A stretch of DNA of 64,000 nucleotides, taken from assembly GCF_023055435.1 (NCBI RefSeq), contig NW_025963780.1, positions 7,874,001 to 7,938,000 of the forward strand, written 5' to 3'. The notes beneath the pieces were generated by a model. It saw only the letters and a list, made by a program, of their open reading frames with translations, ran no database searches and was not told where the DNA came from. Positions 62,262 to 64,000 of the stretch are shown in pieces (the stretch's first letter is position 1; each line of letters starts with the position of its first letter). This DNA comes from Haliotis rufescens (taxonomy: Eukaryota). The position numbers and the translations under genes were made by a program.

Positions 62262-63238
62262 GTATGTGCATCATGTATTGCTGGACAGACGTGCAGATAC
62301 AGTGTGTTTCAGAGCTCGATATCTTACGGGGACCGCGACCTGCACTTTTTTCTGACAATGGCCTAAAATGTCCACTGAATCACTCAATACTAATCTGTTC
62401 ACTGCCTTAAAAACGGTTCTAGTAATTTCTTATGCAATAATGCTACAAAAGCCCCGTCCATTCTATTAACAGCTAATCAGGACACTGTAGTCCATTAGTG
62501 GGCGTTGGACTAACGTTTTTCTGTTTACGGGCCCCATAAAAGCGAAAACGTTTGCTTGGTTAATCAAAAGCAACGTAATAACTTTATTATTATTTTAATT
62601 AATGTATTTATATTTTAGTGATGAAGAGGACATCCTCGTTGTGATTAGAACAAATGGAGGTGGGTCATCACATTACACATCGACGATTGACCGACACTGA
62701 CCTACGGATTGTAGCCAAGTCACTCCAGATATTATTTATAACTTAACTTGCGTTAAATTAACACTGGACGTCTTTTATCGGTATCTGAATACAGTGCTAT
62801 AAATTTCCATGCTACACTTTTCAAGGTGGGTTGCATCAAACAAGATATATTAGTGAAATATATAATCATTCTAACAGTGTATAAACAGTGAAATATTGTT
62901 GGTCAGGACCTCACTAATGCGGAAAGTCCGCTGAGCGATAACTGTTGGGAACGTCGTCTTGTTTACAAAGCACATAACTGTATGACTACAATTCTGTAAT
63001 AAGTTTTTAAGACTCTAATTGGAACGGCGTCCTCCAGATTATGTGAGTTTCAATGCACATGTTCAACATTTTCTGAAAGTTAAATCTAACAGACATTTTG
63101 ACTGTGAAAGGATGTCGGTGATTTTGAGGGTTGCTAAATATCGTATCTTCAGTTTGGCGACCTTTTACCTTGCGCATAATACACATGGTAAAGTATTTAT
63201 GACCAGTTATTGAGCTGTTTGCATATTTTGTTTTGCAG

Positions 63239-63289
63239 GAACATTAGAGTTTTTTGACAAGGACAACAGGCAACTGAATGGTGTTACGT
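63239..63289 (+). CDS. Probable next exon of the second gene
   Basis: TTTTGCAG/GTAAGT, phase 1-1. Encodes GTLEFFDKDNRQLNGVT. Confidence 0.55.
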
Positions 63290-63384
63290 GTAAGTAATTC
63301 ATCATATGTTCCTTGCTATACGTTTGTCGTGCATTAACCATTCATGTGCCACTGGTATAATGTATTTCATTGTATGATAACCAA

Positions 63385-63615
63385 CTCCGGGTAAGAATAG
63401 GACCCGAGTAACCCATGCCGATGGTACGGGGCGACTAAACGGATCGGGTGGTCAGGCTGAATGACTTGGCTGATTGTGTGTCTTCGTGTGCCGACAGCGT
63501 GGATCATACTATCGATCATACTATCGATCACTGGACTGTCCGGGCCTCACTCCATTGTTTACAGGTCGCCGTCATATAACCGTTAAAGTGTTGTGTGCAA
63601 ACAAAGAAACACAAA
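63385..63615 (+). mobile_element. Diverged bipartite SINE
   Basis: CCGGGTAAGAATAGG...ACCCATGC...GGCGACTAAACGGATCGGGTGGTCAGGCT; similar to 4725-4973. Confidence 0.78.
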
Positions 63616-64000
63616 CATGAATAATAATCATAATTGAATTGTTTAACGTGCAATGTATAAAGAATTACATACATTATGTTTAAGCATAATTATAGTTATG
63701 AGGTGATTACCAAGTTGCAACGCCAGATTAATCCAGAAATAGGTACGTACAGAACTGAATGGTGAAATCAGTAAATAACAACGCAAGATCAATGAATAAT
63801 CAACAAATGATATTAGACGTACAGGATTATATATATGTGCAATCGGCCAAATATATTGCCACAGCAATACATAATAGGCCTCATTTCATAAGTCAGTGAA
63901 CTCACGAATGTCTAGAATTCGTCACAGTTTAATGTCGTGAGTGAGGCACGTGCTGCGCTCTTGAATCCAGGAAACAATGGTGGAAGCAGGCAGAAAAGTC

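Overview
Eukaryotic, AT-rich, transposon-dense genomic DNA. The SINE/LINE repertoire looks molluscan, probably gastropod/abalone-like; this is an inference. Host content is a + strand multi-exon gene for a type I membrane protein (3 Ig domains, 1 SRCR domain, S/T stalk, TM, Cys-rich tail; exons 27917-52830) and two probable 5' exons of a second secreted/membrane gene (62207-63289). The mobile DNA includes several decayed Tc1/mariner copies, I-group (Nimb-like, RNase H-containing) LINEs, several SINE families sharing the LINE 3' tail, a Crypton/DUF3504 relic, a gag remnant, MITEs and minisatellites. One Tc1 (360-13805) is split by a 12-kb CACAG-ended element with a 3-bp TSD that carries two divergent spliced pseudogenes. 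The most notable signal is a compact 57-nt HDV-like self-cleaving ribozyme fold at 41813-41869 (- strand). Its predicted cleavage site lies within 1 nt of the TSD-defined 5' end of an end-to-end LINE (36461-41870). Related LINE 5' ends and a non-tRNA SINE in the window keep the flanking 5' motifs but lack the ribozyme core.
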